This document shows positions 12,431 to 25,850 of a stretch of 64,000 nucleotides of DNA, one piece after another. The DNA comes from Camelus dromedarius (Eukaryota), in NCBI RefSeq assembly GCF_036321535.1, contig NC_087436.1:57414001-57478000 (forward strand), read 5' to 3'. Every line of letters starts with the position of its first letter. Position 1 is the stretch's first letter. A program made the translations under genes and the position numbers. The notes below the pieces were generated by a model, which was not told the origin of the DNA, made no database searches, and saw nothing but the letters and a program-made list of their open reading frames with translations.

Positions 12431-13804
12431 AATCATAATAAAGATTATTGTGGTGCATCCATGATGATATAGCAGAGTCCATTCGCTCCAGGTTTCCACT
12501 TTGTCTTTTCAGAACTGAACACTGACAGAGACAATGGCTAAGTCCAAACCCACAGTGCTCCCTATGGGTCAAATGTCCATTCAGATCATTTAGCCAAGAG
12601 AATACACAGAATGCTAGAATGTGAAGTATTGAGACTGTGAGGGAGGAAGCAGGCATCCATGAAAAGCCCAGTAAAGGAGGGAGGTGGTGAGGGTGACAGC
12701 ATGAAGCTTTTAGGAGGCCAAGTCAGGGGTCAGAGGCCAGCAGGGACAGCCTCAATTTCAGTGTCATTATTTACCAGGTCCTTAACCATGTTTCCACTAA
12801 CCTCTCACCGACCTGGGTTCAGTTTGAGGGACAGAATACGATTTGGGGTGAGGACACTTTGATTTCAATACAACTAGCTCCCTCCCTAGGTCTCTTGTCG
12901 AGTGGAGACTGAGGAGGCCACCGAAGGCCGTCACTGTACAGCAAATTCACAGCTGCACAGGGAGCAACATAGTAAATCACTGTCCTTCCCATGAAGGCTG
13001 CAATCAATAATGCCACAGGAGCATTTCTCCCCAAGAACCAGTAACTGCCTGGAACTGTGGGAGACCCATTACAACACTGAGAATTTGATGTGGAAAAAAG
13101 AGAGGAATAAAATAATTCATTCGCCAAAAAGAAAAATACACGAAAAGTGACACCAACATAAGTTTAATTATGAAGTCTTATTCTCACCCTCGGGGAGTTC
13201 ATATATTCAGATGCCAGCCACACAGCAACCAAGAGCACAGTAGGTAGATTTGTCGGTATTGATGAGAAACTGATGCCTAGACATTTCAGGAGATCAGTTT
13301 CTAAATTTTATACTAGGCGGAAGAAACAAGGGTGTCAAATGATACTCAGAATTCACAGCATTTGGTCTTGCTGTCAGTAAAATTAAAAAATTACCTTTAC
13401 TGACAATGCCAGTGCCTTTTCATCTATATGAGCTCTTGGGGGCTTGAGAAGAATGACCTTTGTCCAGGTGTAAGCTGGACCTGGGAATTCAGTAAGAAGT
13501 AGTGCAGCCTCATGGGCCCCCAGTTGAAGTCACCTCTTGCTGTCCCTGTAACACATCCCCATGGCAACTCTTCCCCCCTTCTCCACGTTTCCCAGATCCC
13601 GAACCGCACTGATCCCTGTCTCATTCTCAGTAGAGGACCTTATTTCCTGCTTTATTGAGAAGATTAAGCCACTGGGTTGAAACACCCTTATCTCTTTTAA
13701 GTGATACCATCGTCCTTCATCCTAACCCTTAGAAAGAGTGCCCCTAGTCCTGGTTAAGGTTAGTTTTAACAGAAAGCCCTTCTCCCCAGTTATATGTGAC
13801 TAGT

Positions 13805-13966
13805 CCATGGATTCCACACTTGGACGATCATCAGAATCACTTGCATTTCGTTGGCTACAAACCAGAGATTCTGACTTTCTGGTTCCAAGTTGGGATCTGG
13901 GAATCTATATAGTTCAATATCTCCCCCAGGGATCCTGATAATCAAGCTGGTTTGGGGAAACCACTG
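13805..13966. mobile_element. MER5-type hAT-Charlie MITE
   Basis: CATCAGAATCACTTG...CCAGAGATTCTGAC...GGGAATCT...CCCCAGGGATCCTGAT...GGTTTGGGGAAACCACTG. Confidence 0.75.
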
Positions 13967-15413
13967 ATCTATCTATCATTTGAACCCTCTCTGAAAGTTT
14001 GCCGATGATTTTCTAACGACTTTTGTCAAAGTGGTTTTGCTTTGCTTCTTCCAAAGGGCTGCACGCCCCTCGGGTCAGGCAGCGGCGTCTGAGGGCTCTG
14101 TGTGCGCGGCATGTAGTTACCGCTGCAGTTTGCTTGTAGGATGCATCAATCAATATGCCGAATGAAAGGTAAAATTTAGGGAGGGCGACTATAGAATACG
14201 TGCTCAGCAGGCGGCCGTAGGCAGTAACAGTAGCTAATCGTTTCTCACATTTTTTGAGCACTGGTCTCTTCACCTGCATTGTTCACTTTAAGGCGATTCA
14301 CTTATGTTAGGTCTCAGAACCACCCTCTGAGGCTGTTACCAATTTTACGTCCATTTTTATAAACTTAGAAACTCAGCAACAGGGAAGTGGAGTAATCTGT
14401 GTAAGGCCATACAACTAAAGACTGTTGTTTTGGGGTCTGTTTTATTTTTGGCCGGGGGAGGCAGAACACGAAGCCTACAGAAAGCGAGTGTTAGAGAGGT
14501 TCACAAAAGAAGCACGACTTAGTTCTGTGGAAGGAGGTGAGGTCACTTTGGCAAAAGTGATCAAAGAGAATGTAACAAAGGAGGCAGCTATTTGAACCGA
14601 GGCTCCAAGTTTTGCGGTATAGAGAAAGGGTGCAGGGCGTTTCAGGAGGAGGAGGAGGAGCAGGCAGGAAGCAGGGGGGTGTCAGGAGAGCAGCTGCCCT
14701 TTGCCCCTCTGGTCCCGCCTCAGTTGGAGGAGGCTCAGTGCCATCCCCTTCCACCTCCCTGTGTACTGAATTCCAAGAGTGAGGAAAGAGAGAGATGACT
14801 GACAGGCCAGCCCTGTGAAGCACAGACACTTACTGCGGCTGTTTTCCCATCAGCCATTGAGCTTTAGTTCATCTTCCCCTTTGAAAACCATCCCAGCCAC
14901 ACCTCCCTCTCCTCCCAACTCCACACTATTTTGTAAACGACCATTTTCCTTAAATCTTGCAAGTTTGATGCAATTTTGTCTTCTAATTCAGTCAACTGTC
15001 TAAAAACCCTGTATCATAGAAGAAACTAGTACATTTTGAGCAACACCAAAGAGCAAATCGAAATAAAATGAAACTGAAATGGTTTTAAAACTCCCCCCAA
15101 TCTCTCTGTCTCTGTCTCTCATACACACACATGCACACCCACACACTTAGGGGGAATAAAAGGGTGGCATCCTTGCCCCCATCCACCTACCTAACCCAGC
15201 CAAGACAGTGAAGCAAACCGTCAGGACAAAGGCAATATTTTGAGGCCAAATGTGGAGCTGAAGTGTACCTGTACCTAACTCACCACGGCTCAGGTTTGCT
15301 TAACATTTATTGCTTGGCAAGAATTCTTGACAACTACAATGAAATATGAAGATACAATACATTTATCACCATGATCTATGTTTTCCTTTGGGTCTTTTCT
15401 TTAACATGACAGG

Positions 15414-15449
15414 AAACAAAACAAAACAAAACAAAACAAAACAAAAAAA
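15414..15449. repeat. (CAAAA)n microsatellite
   Basis: Direct reading, about 6 units. Confidence 0.95.
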
Positions 15450-16604
15450 GTAATTCCGGCTCCTCCTCGCCTGTCCCCTTATCTCTCTGTCAGTCTCCAT
15501 GTCTTGTCAGACCCGGCAAGAAGTAGAACGGAGCATTTGACACACATTAAAGTTATTTTGGGGGGGTTACAAATAATAGAAATGAAAAAACCATAGGGCA
15601 TTTTGAGGGAAGTACGCTTGCTATCTGATGTATATGCCTTTAAACAAAATCTTGGTTGCGATTCTTATAATCATTTACTGCCTTTAGGCATTTTTCTCCC
15701 TGGCAGAAGTGGCTCTAGACTTCTATTCAAAGACAAGTTCCGACTAATTACAACTGGCCTCCTCAAAATTCCCTGAGGAGTCATCTGAATGATGCAGAGT
15801 CCCTGTTCCAGAGCTCTATTCTGCCTTTCGGTGTGTGGAGTCTTACAGAATGTTTCTGGGTAAAAAACATTCTATTGATGTTGTTGTTCACAAGGGAATT
15901 TACACTTGGAAAAAAAAAAACCACAAAGAAATTAACTGTTGACCACACTTATAATTGATGGAGTTTTCAGGATGGATGCCCACAATACTCTGTAGGAACC
16001 TGGCTTGCCAAGTTCTTAGATGACGGCTTACTGTAAATACAGACCCCAACAGCATCTCTAGACGATGTCTCAACTCAGACTTCAGAATAAACTCAGTCAT
16101 TTTTTTGGTGAAATTGTGATTAATTCTGTAGATCATCTTTTCCTGATGGTAAAAAGTGATGCTTTTGGCTGTAATATGTTTTATACTTACTGATTTTTCT
16201 ATACTTTTATGAAAGTTTTTAAGTTGTTAGACATCATATGCCCAAGGAAATCTACACCCAATATAACCAAATGGTCTTTTTCTTAGAGTAGAAAACACTT
16301 CCTGTGCAACTTAAAAAGCAATACTTACCTCATGGTGACACCGTAAGACTTCATAAAGTGTCTTTTTTTGAATGCTTTTGAGATAAGTGATTTCAAATAT
16401 CAGATAATCTTTAAAAATTAACTATGATTTTTAGTGTGCAATTTTTCTAAATGACTTAAAACATTTTACACATAATATTCTACTTGAAAAACAGATATGT
16501 ATAGCAGTTTTTGTGTATATAAGGTGATTGGTTTTCAAAAAAATGAGTAAAGCTAAGTCAAAGGGTGATTACCCAATTTTTCCAAATTGCCTTATATGGT
16601 GTAA

Positions 16605-16790
16605 AATTCATTTAACAGACAATTATTGGGCAGCTACTAGACACCAGGCCCTAAGCTGGTGCTGGGAACAATGACAAGTGACAGGAGAGAGTTCCTGCCC
16701 TCCCCAAGCACACATCTGGTGGGGGAGATTGGCATTAATTAAATAATCACACAGACATACTATTAGAGCAGAGAGAAGAGCTACACATGG
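16605..16790 (-). mobile_element. L2 LINE 3' fragment
   Basis: TTCATTTAACAGACAATTATTGGGCAGCTACTAGACACCAGGC...GGTGCTGGGAAC...TTCCTGCCCTC. Confidence 0.65.
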
Positions 16791-17539
16791 GGGTTATTTG
16801 TGGAGTCTAGAATGAAGGTATTTGATTTACTCAGAAAATTCCAGGGGTCAGAAGGAGATATGTATGTTTTGGAACAGTCTTCCAACTCTTTAAAAAGTTA
16901 ACTGCTTTCAGAATTAAACTAAACAGAGCAGAATGGAAGAAGAAGAAAGTTATTTATAGACAGAGACTTTTTTTGACCTCCAATTAAGTAAACAACTGCT
17001 TCCAACTTTACTTCAGTGGAGTAGCAGGACTTTGGACAATCTTTCAGGAAGTGTTAGGATCAGGCCTAATGGATGTCATGTCACAGGCGGTCTTTTTTTT
17101 AAGGATTACGTACCTTTTGCTAGATGTAGTTTGAGAAAGATAGCTGCTTGTCTTATATAATACACACATACATGTAAACAAGGTAAGAGTAAAAAATACC
17201 CTCTTCCACCCCCTTGTAAAAAATCTGCGACTTTTTGCCAACACTTGCAAACACCTGCATCTATTAAAGAGAATTTATTTCTTAGCGCATTTTCAAGTGA
17301 GAAACAGAGTTGACCAAACAGAATAATAACAATGAATATTAACTGCTAGACCAAACGCCCATTTTAATTACTAGACTAAGCAAATGAAACAGCCTCACTA
17401 TGTAACAGAAAAGATCTCAAAGGAATATCTTAGTTTAAAATGATATATTGTAATATGCCATATTGATTGGTTTAAATAACATTCACATCAAACGTAAAAC
17501 TGTCATGACTATGTAGAAGAGCACAATTTGCTTAAAATG

Positions 17540-18065
17540 TCTGTTAAGTGTGCAGAACTATTTCGAGCTGAAAACAATCAAGACACAAAAGTCTCAAGAT
17601 GAAACTTTTACTTTCCCCCTAACTGCCTAAAAGTATTTAGATCCAGGACCTGTTCCCAGAATATAGCTATCACCAGGGATAACTGCAAAGAATACGAGTG
17701 AGGTGTGGTGGGGGAAACTTAGCAGGGCATAGAGATCAGAGTCTGCTCTGTGTCCCAGTGTCTCTGCACGGCTCAGCAAACATTTGTTTACCAAACATTT
17801 GCTTTTCCATCTTCATGTGAATTGGCTTCCTCCCCTTTGAAGCCCCAAACCATTTCCCCCAACATCCTCTTTTGTCTGTAGCTGGAGATGGTATTTAAGA
17901 TGATGGTTTCAGCCACTTTGGCAAGATACTCAGTTTTTCTAGATTTTTCCCATGCATACATGTTATTAAACTTCTGTATGATTTTCTTCTGTTTATTTGA
18001 CTCATGTCAACTTGATTCTTAGACCAGCCAGAGGAACCTAGAAGGGCAGAGGAAAATTTCTTGAT
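17540..18065 (+). mobile_element. ERV1-class LTR (MER34-like), ends unclear
   Basis: TATA-like TATTTAA at 17892-17898, ATTAAA at 17965-17970, then a U5-like TCATGTCAACTTGATTCTTAGACCAGCCAGAGGAACCTAGAAGGGCAGAGGAAAATTTC. No TSD identified. Confidence 0.75.
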
Positions 18066-18422
18066 TTGATACTACCAAAATGCTTTGATTCTTTTCCATT
18101 CAATTCTTTATACTTCCTTACATCTTGGTAGTCCTGCTGAGACTAAATCCGGCAGTGAAAACATGCCTCGAAACAACTGTTCCTGAGAAAGATCGCAATC
18201 CAAATCTGAAACCTGAAGTTCAAGAATTTATAGGAAAAAAAAATACATATATATAGGCCTGTACATGTTAGGACAGTTGACTATCCTGCCTTGTGGCTAG
18301 TATTTACCCAAGTCTCCAGAATAACCCAGCTAGGGTCCCATATGTAAGTCATGGAATGAAGTATTCTTATGCAGCAGCCTTATGGGACTGTGACTGCAAG
18401 CGCACTGCTGTTTAAGAGCAGC

Positions 18423-18950
18423 TGGTACCGAATGCAGGCTGGTGTGCCCGATGCACAGAGAGACCAAACCAACCGAGACGCTGGAGTTTGGAGCAGAAAA
18501 AGGTGTATTGCAGGGCCAAGCAAAGAGAACGAGTGACTCAGTGCCTAAAAAACCTGAACTCTCTGATGGTTTTCAGGGAGCAGTTTTTATAGGCAAAATT
18601 TGGGGGGAGGGCTGCAGGGTGTGTGACTTTCTTCTGACTGGGTGGTGGCGAGGTACCAGGGCAGTGCTCCAGGAATCTTGTGCTCAGCCTGAAGTGGGGC
18701 CTTATTTCCTGCAGAACTCAAGGTGTTATTATACACGTTCCTTGAGGAGAAACCAGAGCCCTGCCTCAAGGCTGCACTATTGTTTCTTAACTGCTCCTTT
18801 GTTTCTGCATCCCCTCCTTTCCCTGACACGCAACTGTTTGAATCTGCCCTTTGGAGCCCGGGGAATGTCAAGGAGGCTGAATGAAGGTTATTTCCTACAA
18901 ACAAGAAACAGGGGACCCAGAAAGGCTTTGTACCAGGGAGGACCATTTCA
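18423..18950 (-). mobile_element. ERV1-class solo LTR with a 4-bp TSD
   Basis: TG...CA termini, with CAGC on both sides (18419-18422, 18951-18954). Minus-strand TATAAAAA at 18584-18591. The body resembles laurasiatherian ERV1 LTRs. Confidence 0.88.
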
Positions 18951-20099
18951 CAGCCCAAGTTGCACTGAATTTACTTTTGTAGCTATTTCCTAGTGGAAGC
19001 ACTAGGCATTTTGTTACGCAGTACATATTTGTTAAGTGAATACTTAGTAACTCCCTCTTTCCACCACAAAATAATTTTTACAATTTATGAACTTGAGGAT
19101 ATTGCTTGCCCTTTATTCTTTCTCGATTTAAAACTTAGTTTTTAGAGTATACCAAAGACCTATATATTTATACGGAGAATTTTCTGATCCTTTGGCACAA
19201 AATCACTTGTTGTTCATTATTACACTCTCAAAGTAGTTCTACTGGGGTTTCTTTTTAGAGTTAATAGAATCAGACAACCAAGCCCTTGCTGCAAGCGCTG
19301 GGAGGGACTAACCTAACTGGGGACCATGCTAGAAAGTCCACTAATAACCACTGTTTAATGTCTTTTTTTCCCCACTGCTGAAAGAAAAGTTAACTCTGCC
19401 AACAATAACAACAATAACGAGAAGAAAAAAAGGAAAACCAAAACCAAATGTATATAGCTAAAGCAACTGCAATTGTCATCTTCACTAAAATTGAAAGTGT
19501 GATTGTTTTCATTTCAAAACAATACATTTAATTGGATAGTTGAATCTGACACCGTATTTAGCTTTTGAGTCAATACAAAAGGAGAAGCTCAAACTGGCTT
19601 AGCCCATGTTTTGTAATTTTTAAGATCAAGTGCAAATGGAAAGAGAAGTTCATTTCCCAAGCTTCAGAAATTATGGTTCCCACTAATGGGAGTATCCGCT
19701 GTTAGGATTAAGGGGTCACCCACTGCTCTCTGGTAATCTTATCTCCAAATGAGATTCTCATCCTCACTGGCATGAGCAAAATGTCGTCTATTGTTACACA
19801 TGTGCACCGCCTCTGCTGTGTGATCTGCTCTGTTAAAACTAGGAAATCAGAGTTCTATGGCTGAGGAGTGTAAGTGTATTAAACGACTCAGAGGCAACAT
19901 TTCACCTCATTGAATTGACTTCTACTCTATTTTTCTCTAAGCCTTCTAAAATCTGCTGTGATTTAGTAAAGCAGATGTGCTTCAAATTGTTTACATCAAC
20001 AATAACATTCTAAATATGAAATTTAGTTTTTGTAGTTTCGTTTTCCCAGAAAATTCACACTGAATCAAGCAGTTAGTCATGAAAAAACGATGATGATAA

Positions 20100-20280
20100 A
20101 AGCGAAAATTACTATAGCTTAGAATTACTCATCACTTCTATGATGTTAGACTTTATGCTGTTTTACACACATTATTTATTTCCATCCCCAGAAAAACCCT
20201 ATGAGAAAATATAATATATTCAAAATAATATATCCATTTTACAGATGAAGGGACTGAGGCTCGGAGAAATTACGATGCTC
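20100..20280 (-). mobile_element. MIR SINE
   Basis: CCATTTTACAGATGAAGGGACTGAGGCTCGGAGA core. Confidence 0.8.
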
Positions 20281-20542
20281 AGTCTGTGAGGGCAGGACTT
20301 GTAGTCTTGTTTGTTGTTAATGCCTTAATAGCACTTGGCATTTACTGGGCACAAGCACTCAGTATATTATATTCATAAACTAGATGAATGAGCAGATTCA
20401 TATTGGGATATATATGAGGGAGATTCAGGAAGGGCTGAGTGACGAAACCGAAAGTGATAAAATACAGAGCATCATGAATCATTTCATAATTAAAAAAAAT
20501 TATAAGAGTAGTAATAAAGGAGGCCAGATAAGAGGACATTAA

Positions 20543-21275
20543 CATGCTTCTTAATCTGTTGTCTTTTAAATGTGACTCATCAGAATCACTTGGGGATTGT
20601 TGGTTTTTTTCTCCCCCAATGAAATACTTTAATGCTATAAGAAAAAAAAACTATAAAAAGAAATTTATAAATTAAAAAGTAAAAGTCCCGCATTTCCTTT
20701 GCTTTCTTTCCCAAAACTATTTCTCAGTTTTGACCACTATTAACAGTTCAACATGCATCTTTTATACACCTATACATTAATTTGTACACACTGTAAGCAT
20801 CTGTTATATTTCACTAAGAAGATCATATCATAAAACTGTTGTATGATTTGCTTTTTAAAATTTAAGATTAATGTATGCCTTGGACATTTGTCAGTGTCAG
20901 CATTTCATTCAATGGTGTGGACATGCCATGATTTATTTAAATAGTCTCTCACTGATGGACATCCCAATGGACTTTTTAAGTCCATAAACAAAGCTGCAGT
21001 AAAAACCCTGTTAAGCATATCCTTCCACCCTTGTTCAAGTATATTGGTAGGATAAATTTCTAGAAGTAAAATTACCAGGTCTCAGGGTAAAATGTTAATA
21101 CCCATTGCTAACTTCTTCCAAAAAAGCTGTAGCAACTTACTTGAGAAACTTAAAAAATATAGTCTTCTGGGCCTGTATCTATATCCACTGAATTAAACCT
21201 TGGTAAGTAGAGCCTGAGAACCTCTATGTACTTTAAAGTTTTCCAGGTGAGCTCAGCCAGGTGTGAGAATCACTG
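20543..21275. mobile_element. MER5-type MITE split by an antisense L1M fragment (~20620-21140)
   Basis: MER5 left part CATCAGAATCACTTGGGG and right part ...CCAGGTGTGAGAATCACTG flank the L1M-like CCATGATTTATTTAA...CTGATGGACAT...AAACAAAGCTGCAGT...GGATAAATTTCTAGAAGT. Confidence 0.65.
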
Positions 21276-23559
21276 ATCGAGATCATTCTCTTCCTTTTGA
21301 ATGGTGTTAAAATGGTTGAGATGGGACTTACTAAGTCTGAATATATAGAAGCAGTTTGTTGAAATGATATAATCACTAAATGATCAGTAATATATCAGGA
21401 ATAATTTTCAGTGCTTTCAAATGTATTATCTCATTTCAGTTTTTAGCCACTCTTTTCAGGTAAGTAGAACAGAAGGAAAAAATGGCCTGACCTGAGGCTC
21501 CGAAAACTTCAGATCACTCAACAAAAATTGACAGAACTAAGACCGGAATTCAGGTCCTTAGAATTTAAATTTTCTCCCCCTGCTCCCTTCTATTATACTA
21601 CATAGTAAAATGGATTATCACTGCATCATTCTTTCCTATTAGAAATATATGTGTGATAACTGTGGGAAATGTGATTTCAGATTTTAAGAAGAAAATTCAG
21701 GCATTGTTTTGGCTTATGTCTTATAGTTCTGTAGACAACGAGACAACCAGTTGTCTGATAATAACATAAGTAATAAACATCTATGTCTCTATACTTTGTC
21801 TCAAAAGATCTGAGCCAAGACTATAGCCAGATTGGCCCTGAAAAACATCTTTGAAAGTCTTTTTCTTAAAGATAAGTGATTGGGACAACTGAAGTGGGCA
21901 AAGGAGACAGCTGCTCTACATGGATTAGAGAACTAGGTCTAACCAGAAGGTAGACGGTAGAGAGGTCAGTTCCCAACAGCTCCCCGAGGTTCTGCCTGGT
22001 TTATCGGAAGGTGGGGCTGCTGTCTGAGCTCTGAAGTATTTCAATCAACAAAGGCTCAATCAAGAGTAACTTAAAACCTACCTTTCAAGAAATTTCTACC
22101 TACACAAAGGGTAGAATGACATTTTTATGAAGGAGACTTTTATAGTTATTGTGACTATTACATGTAATAGTGAATGTGAGAATGGTCCTTATTACTAGCA
22201 TTTATAATGGCTCAGAGTTAAGAAAGTAATCAGGTCAACTAGAAGCTGAGATCTAGGTCTGCAGCCAGGCAGAGGAGGGGGGAACTAACATTTGTTAAGC
22301 TCTTGGAATTTCTTAGGCATTATGACCTATACTCTGTGAGGGTCCTGGCTAGGGCAAGGGGGCCACGATAGACTAGGGCAGAGAAATATCAACACAGCCG
22401 AGGGAAAATCAGAGGTGTTCATGCAGCATCAAATAGGCCAGGATTGGAGGCAATCACCAACATATTTCCTAGGAGGTGAATTTCCTGAAATACGTTTGTT
22501 CCTAGGTGCTGCCCCCTTGGCTGGGTGGGGTAGGAGAGGTGGCATTGTTTTGGGGAATAGTGACCACTTTTCCTCCAGATTAGGAGTCTTTCAAAGTATG
22601 TGTTCTGTACCAAGTTGGGGAGAGGTAAGTGACCAGACTGGAAAAAACATGTCTAATTTGTTAGCTCAGAAAAATGGGATAATCTTAAGTTTTATTTCCC
22701 TCTTTAGTGATTTTTATAGACTGATCTGTAACTATTAGCACCTGCAGTTTGAGGAGGGTGAAAGCAGATGGCTCTATGCGGCAGCAGGAGGAAAAAAGGT
22801 TTCTACACAGAGATTGCTTTTTGGACCATGAGGCTACAGCTGAAGAAACTGTGCCTACTTTGTGGTAGTGACCCAAACTGCTGGTGTAGCTTCTAGAAAG
22901 AGACAAACAGAGTCGAAGCATACTTGTGTGTTAAATGAAACATACAGAGTGACAGTTAATGTCTTTTCTCCAGAGGAAGCTTCATGGGTAAAAAAGAAAT
23001 GTCTTGGTCTTAAATAAAAACTGCGAAGTAGCTGAAGTTTCTCCAAGCCCTACTGAGACCCTGCCTCTCCACCAAACCCTGGGGCCGGCCTCCAGCTCCT
23101 CCACCGCCCCTGCTCAGAACCTGTGATGGTTGTTCTAGGAGAATAAATCCATCCTGTAGCCTCAGAGCTGAAGACTCATTAAGTGCTGTTCCGTGGGAAG
23201 CAACTACTTCATCCTTAGTAAAACTTTCTCTTGTTTTCAGTCTTCCTATCACATTTCTCTTCCTCTCTCTGATCAAATGTTAAAGAGTTACTCAGACCTG
23301 TGCTTTTCTGTTCTCTCCCCCTTCTTTCTTTCTAAACGAGCCTATTCCTTTTCATAGCTTTAAGTACCATTTTCGTGTTGATAGATGCAGTCTTTCTATC
23401 ACCTGTCCAGATTGCTTCTCTAAGCAGCAAGTGTGCACGGGGCTCTCCACAATATGGCCTAAGACTACATATATTTGATTTTCTTTTCCTACTGAGCACA
23501 TCTGCCAGTCATTCCTTTCCGCACAAATGCAGTCTCTTCCACACACTCACTCAACTGGG

Positions 23560-24130
23560 AACCCCAGAGCCATCCTTTGCTCCTTTCCTTCCATGTCCAC
23601 GTTCTATCTGTCATTAGTCTATTATGCAAGAATCTATTCAGCATCTATTAAACCCGCCCCTATATGTGTTTAAGATCCATCCACTTCTTGCATTTCCATA
23701 GCCATTGCTCTGGGCCAAGCCACTAGCAATTGCTGCCTAGATTATCACATTAGCTTTTCATCAGGTCTAAAAGTTTCCATTATCTTCCTCTCCAATTTGC
23801 TCTGCACACAAAATCCTGAGAGCTTTTTCCAAATCCAGATCATACCATGTCATTTCCAGGCTGATAGCCCTTTCATGGCTTCACACTGCACTTGGTATAA
23901 AGCATAAAATCCTTGATGTGACCAGCAAGCTTGGGCGATCTGACCTCCCTTCCTACCACTGCAGCCTCATCCGTCATCACTCTCCAACTCTCAGTCTAAC
24001 ATTCTACTCACACCGACCTAAAGGTTGGAATATTACAGCCTCTTCCGAAAGGCTTATCACGTGCTGTGTCTTCTGTTGGGATAAGTTCCCTCCACTCCCT
24101 GCTGCCCAACATCTACTAAGTCTTCAGGTT
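23560..24130 (+). mobile_element. L2 LINE fragment
   Basis: CCATCCACTTCT...CCAAGCCAC...TGCCTAGATTA...CAGATCATACCATGTCA...TCTTCAGGTTTCAGC, typical of the L2 3' region. Confidence 0.7.
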
Positions 24131-24134
24131 TCAG

Positions 24135-24303
24135 CCCAAGGCCCATCTCTTAAAGCCTCCACCTGGAAGTGATGCACTCCCGTCTGTTCATATTTTTGGC
24201 CAAAGCAAGTCACATGGCCACACCTGAGTTTAACAGGACTGGAACATATAATCTTTCATTAGGGTTATAAACTGAATACTGATAAAAATTAAGACAGTCT
24301 ACA
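24135..24303 (-). mobile_element. Old MLT1 (J/K/I-like) MaLR LTR fragment
   Basis: TTGGCCAAAGCAAGTCACATGGCCACACCTGAGTT...AGTCTACA, which reads as a TGTAGA start on the minus strand. Confidence 0.7.
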
Positions 24304-24540
24304 GCAATAACCTGCAAGAAGACCATAAAGAAGGGCGAATATGTCCAGTTTCTTTGCTTTTTGCTGGAATTATATCAACTAAGTATGGCAACATTACTGA
24401 TTTCATGCTGATAAGAAACTTGACTATATATGTATATATGATTTCAATAAATGAAAATGGAAAACTAAATTATTACTGGAAAAATTCAGTTTTCGTGAGA
24501 GACGAAATCTTTCAAAACAAGGGTCAATGGGGGGAAACAT

Positions 24541-24696
24541 TAATAAAAGTGTCTTTGCAGACTGAAACTTACTATTACCTAAACTAAATAAACTCAAATG
24601 TTTAATTGTTTAGCATGCTAATAAAAGTGTCTTTGCAGACTGAAACTTACTATTACCTAAACTAAATAAACTCAAATGTTTAATTGTTTAGCATGC
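24541..24696. repeat. Perfect 2 x 78-bp tandem duplication
   Basis: 24541-24618 is identical to 24619-24696. The TAAT that begins the unit recurs at 24697-24700. Confidence 0.97.
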
Positions 24697-25009
24697 TAAT
24701 GGAAATTCAAACGTTTTAAATGTGACCTGGTGATAATGCTATTTGTATTTTTGTCTAATTCAATCTAGTGGTGAAGATTTAAGATGCAGAATGCAGTAGA
24801 ATCATGGCAATCCATTCTGTCTCCTCTATCTGTCTAATCTAGAGAGAGCATATATATCTATATTGAAGGTCATTGAAAGTCACTTCTTGAAAAATCTTTG
24901 GTATCTGAAAAAAATTCTTTGCAGAAGTTTGCAGAGATAACTTGTCATGAAGCCCTCATTTTACTTGGAAACTAATTATAGTCATAATAGCACCACTATA
25001 AAGGGAGAG

Positions 25010-25210
25010 GAAATAATACGTTTTGAGCCTTTACTATGACCCCATGTATAAAATTCTCCAAATGACCCTAAGAAATTGCATTATTATCTCCATTTTATGG
25101 CTAAGGATCATTAGGTGCTGAGAGATTAAGAACGTGCCTAAAGCCACACAAGATGGAAAAAGCAGGGCAAGGATACAAACCCAAATCTGTCTGACTCCAA
25201 AGCTCAGTCC
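25010..25210 (-). mobile_element. MIR SINE
   Basis: ATTATCTCCATTTTA...GAGAGATTAAG...TGCCTAAAGCCACACA...CAAACCCAAATCTGTCTGACTCCAAAGCTC. Confidence 0.8.
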
Positions 25211-25617
25211 ATCAACTCAGTGATGATGATCTGGTGGCCCTTTTAAGTTTCTTAAATCAAATTCATCCAGTGTCATTTTGGGCTCGTTAATATATTTTTT
25301 GAGCAAATCTGGGTAATAATAAGGACCCAACCTACAGGTTTACCATAAACACAATCTAAAAATTAGAGCTATGCCTTCCCTTCAGGTTTTTATTTCTCTT
25401 AGACTTGGTATAAATATCTTAAACTACTAAAAAGAATTCTAATATCCTTTCCATTATTAGAGAGGATCAGGTGAAGAGGGAGATAGAAGTCCACTGTTGT
25501 TTTAGAAGCCCCATTAGACTATTTCAGATTTTGGATGATTACCAAGATAACTTTCAGGAGCCTAAAAAAGTGAGTCAGGTTGCAATCAGAGCAAGACTAA
25601 CTCCTACAAAACATCAC

Positions 25618-25850
25618 ACAGCATGGTTAATGGGGATTAAGGCATTGACTCAGGAACCAGAATTCAAAAGTCTGGCCCCAGTACTGTCAACTATGTGACT
25701 TTGGACAAACAACTTCTCTTTGCTCTGACTTCCTCACTTGTAAGATGAAGATAACAGAATGCACCCCCTGGTGTTTTACAAGGAATATATGAGTGAACAT
25801 TTATAGGATGCTTAGGGCAGCGCTGAGCACCAGAGTGTGTGCTGTATTAG
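25618..25850 (+). mobile_element. MIR SINE
   Basis: GCATGGTTAA...CTATGTGACTTTGGACAA...TTCCTCACTTGTAAGATG. Confidence 0.7.

Noticed and set aside
18442..18993. Longest ORF in the track (183 aa)
   Set aside because: Non-ATG (GTG) start, lies antisense within a TSD-bounded ERV1 LTR, and has no recognisable domain.
24541..24696. CRISPR-like or satellite array
   Set aside because: Two abutting copies without spacers in mammalian DNA; this is a simple duplication.
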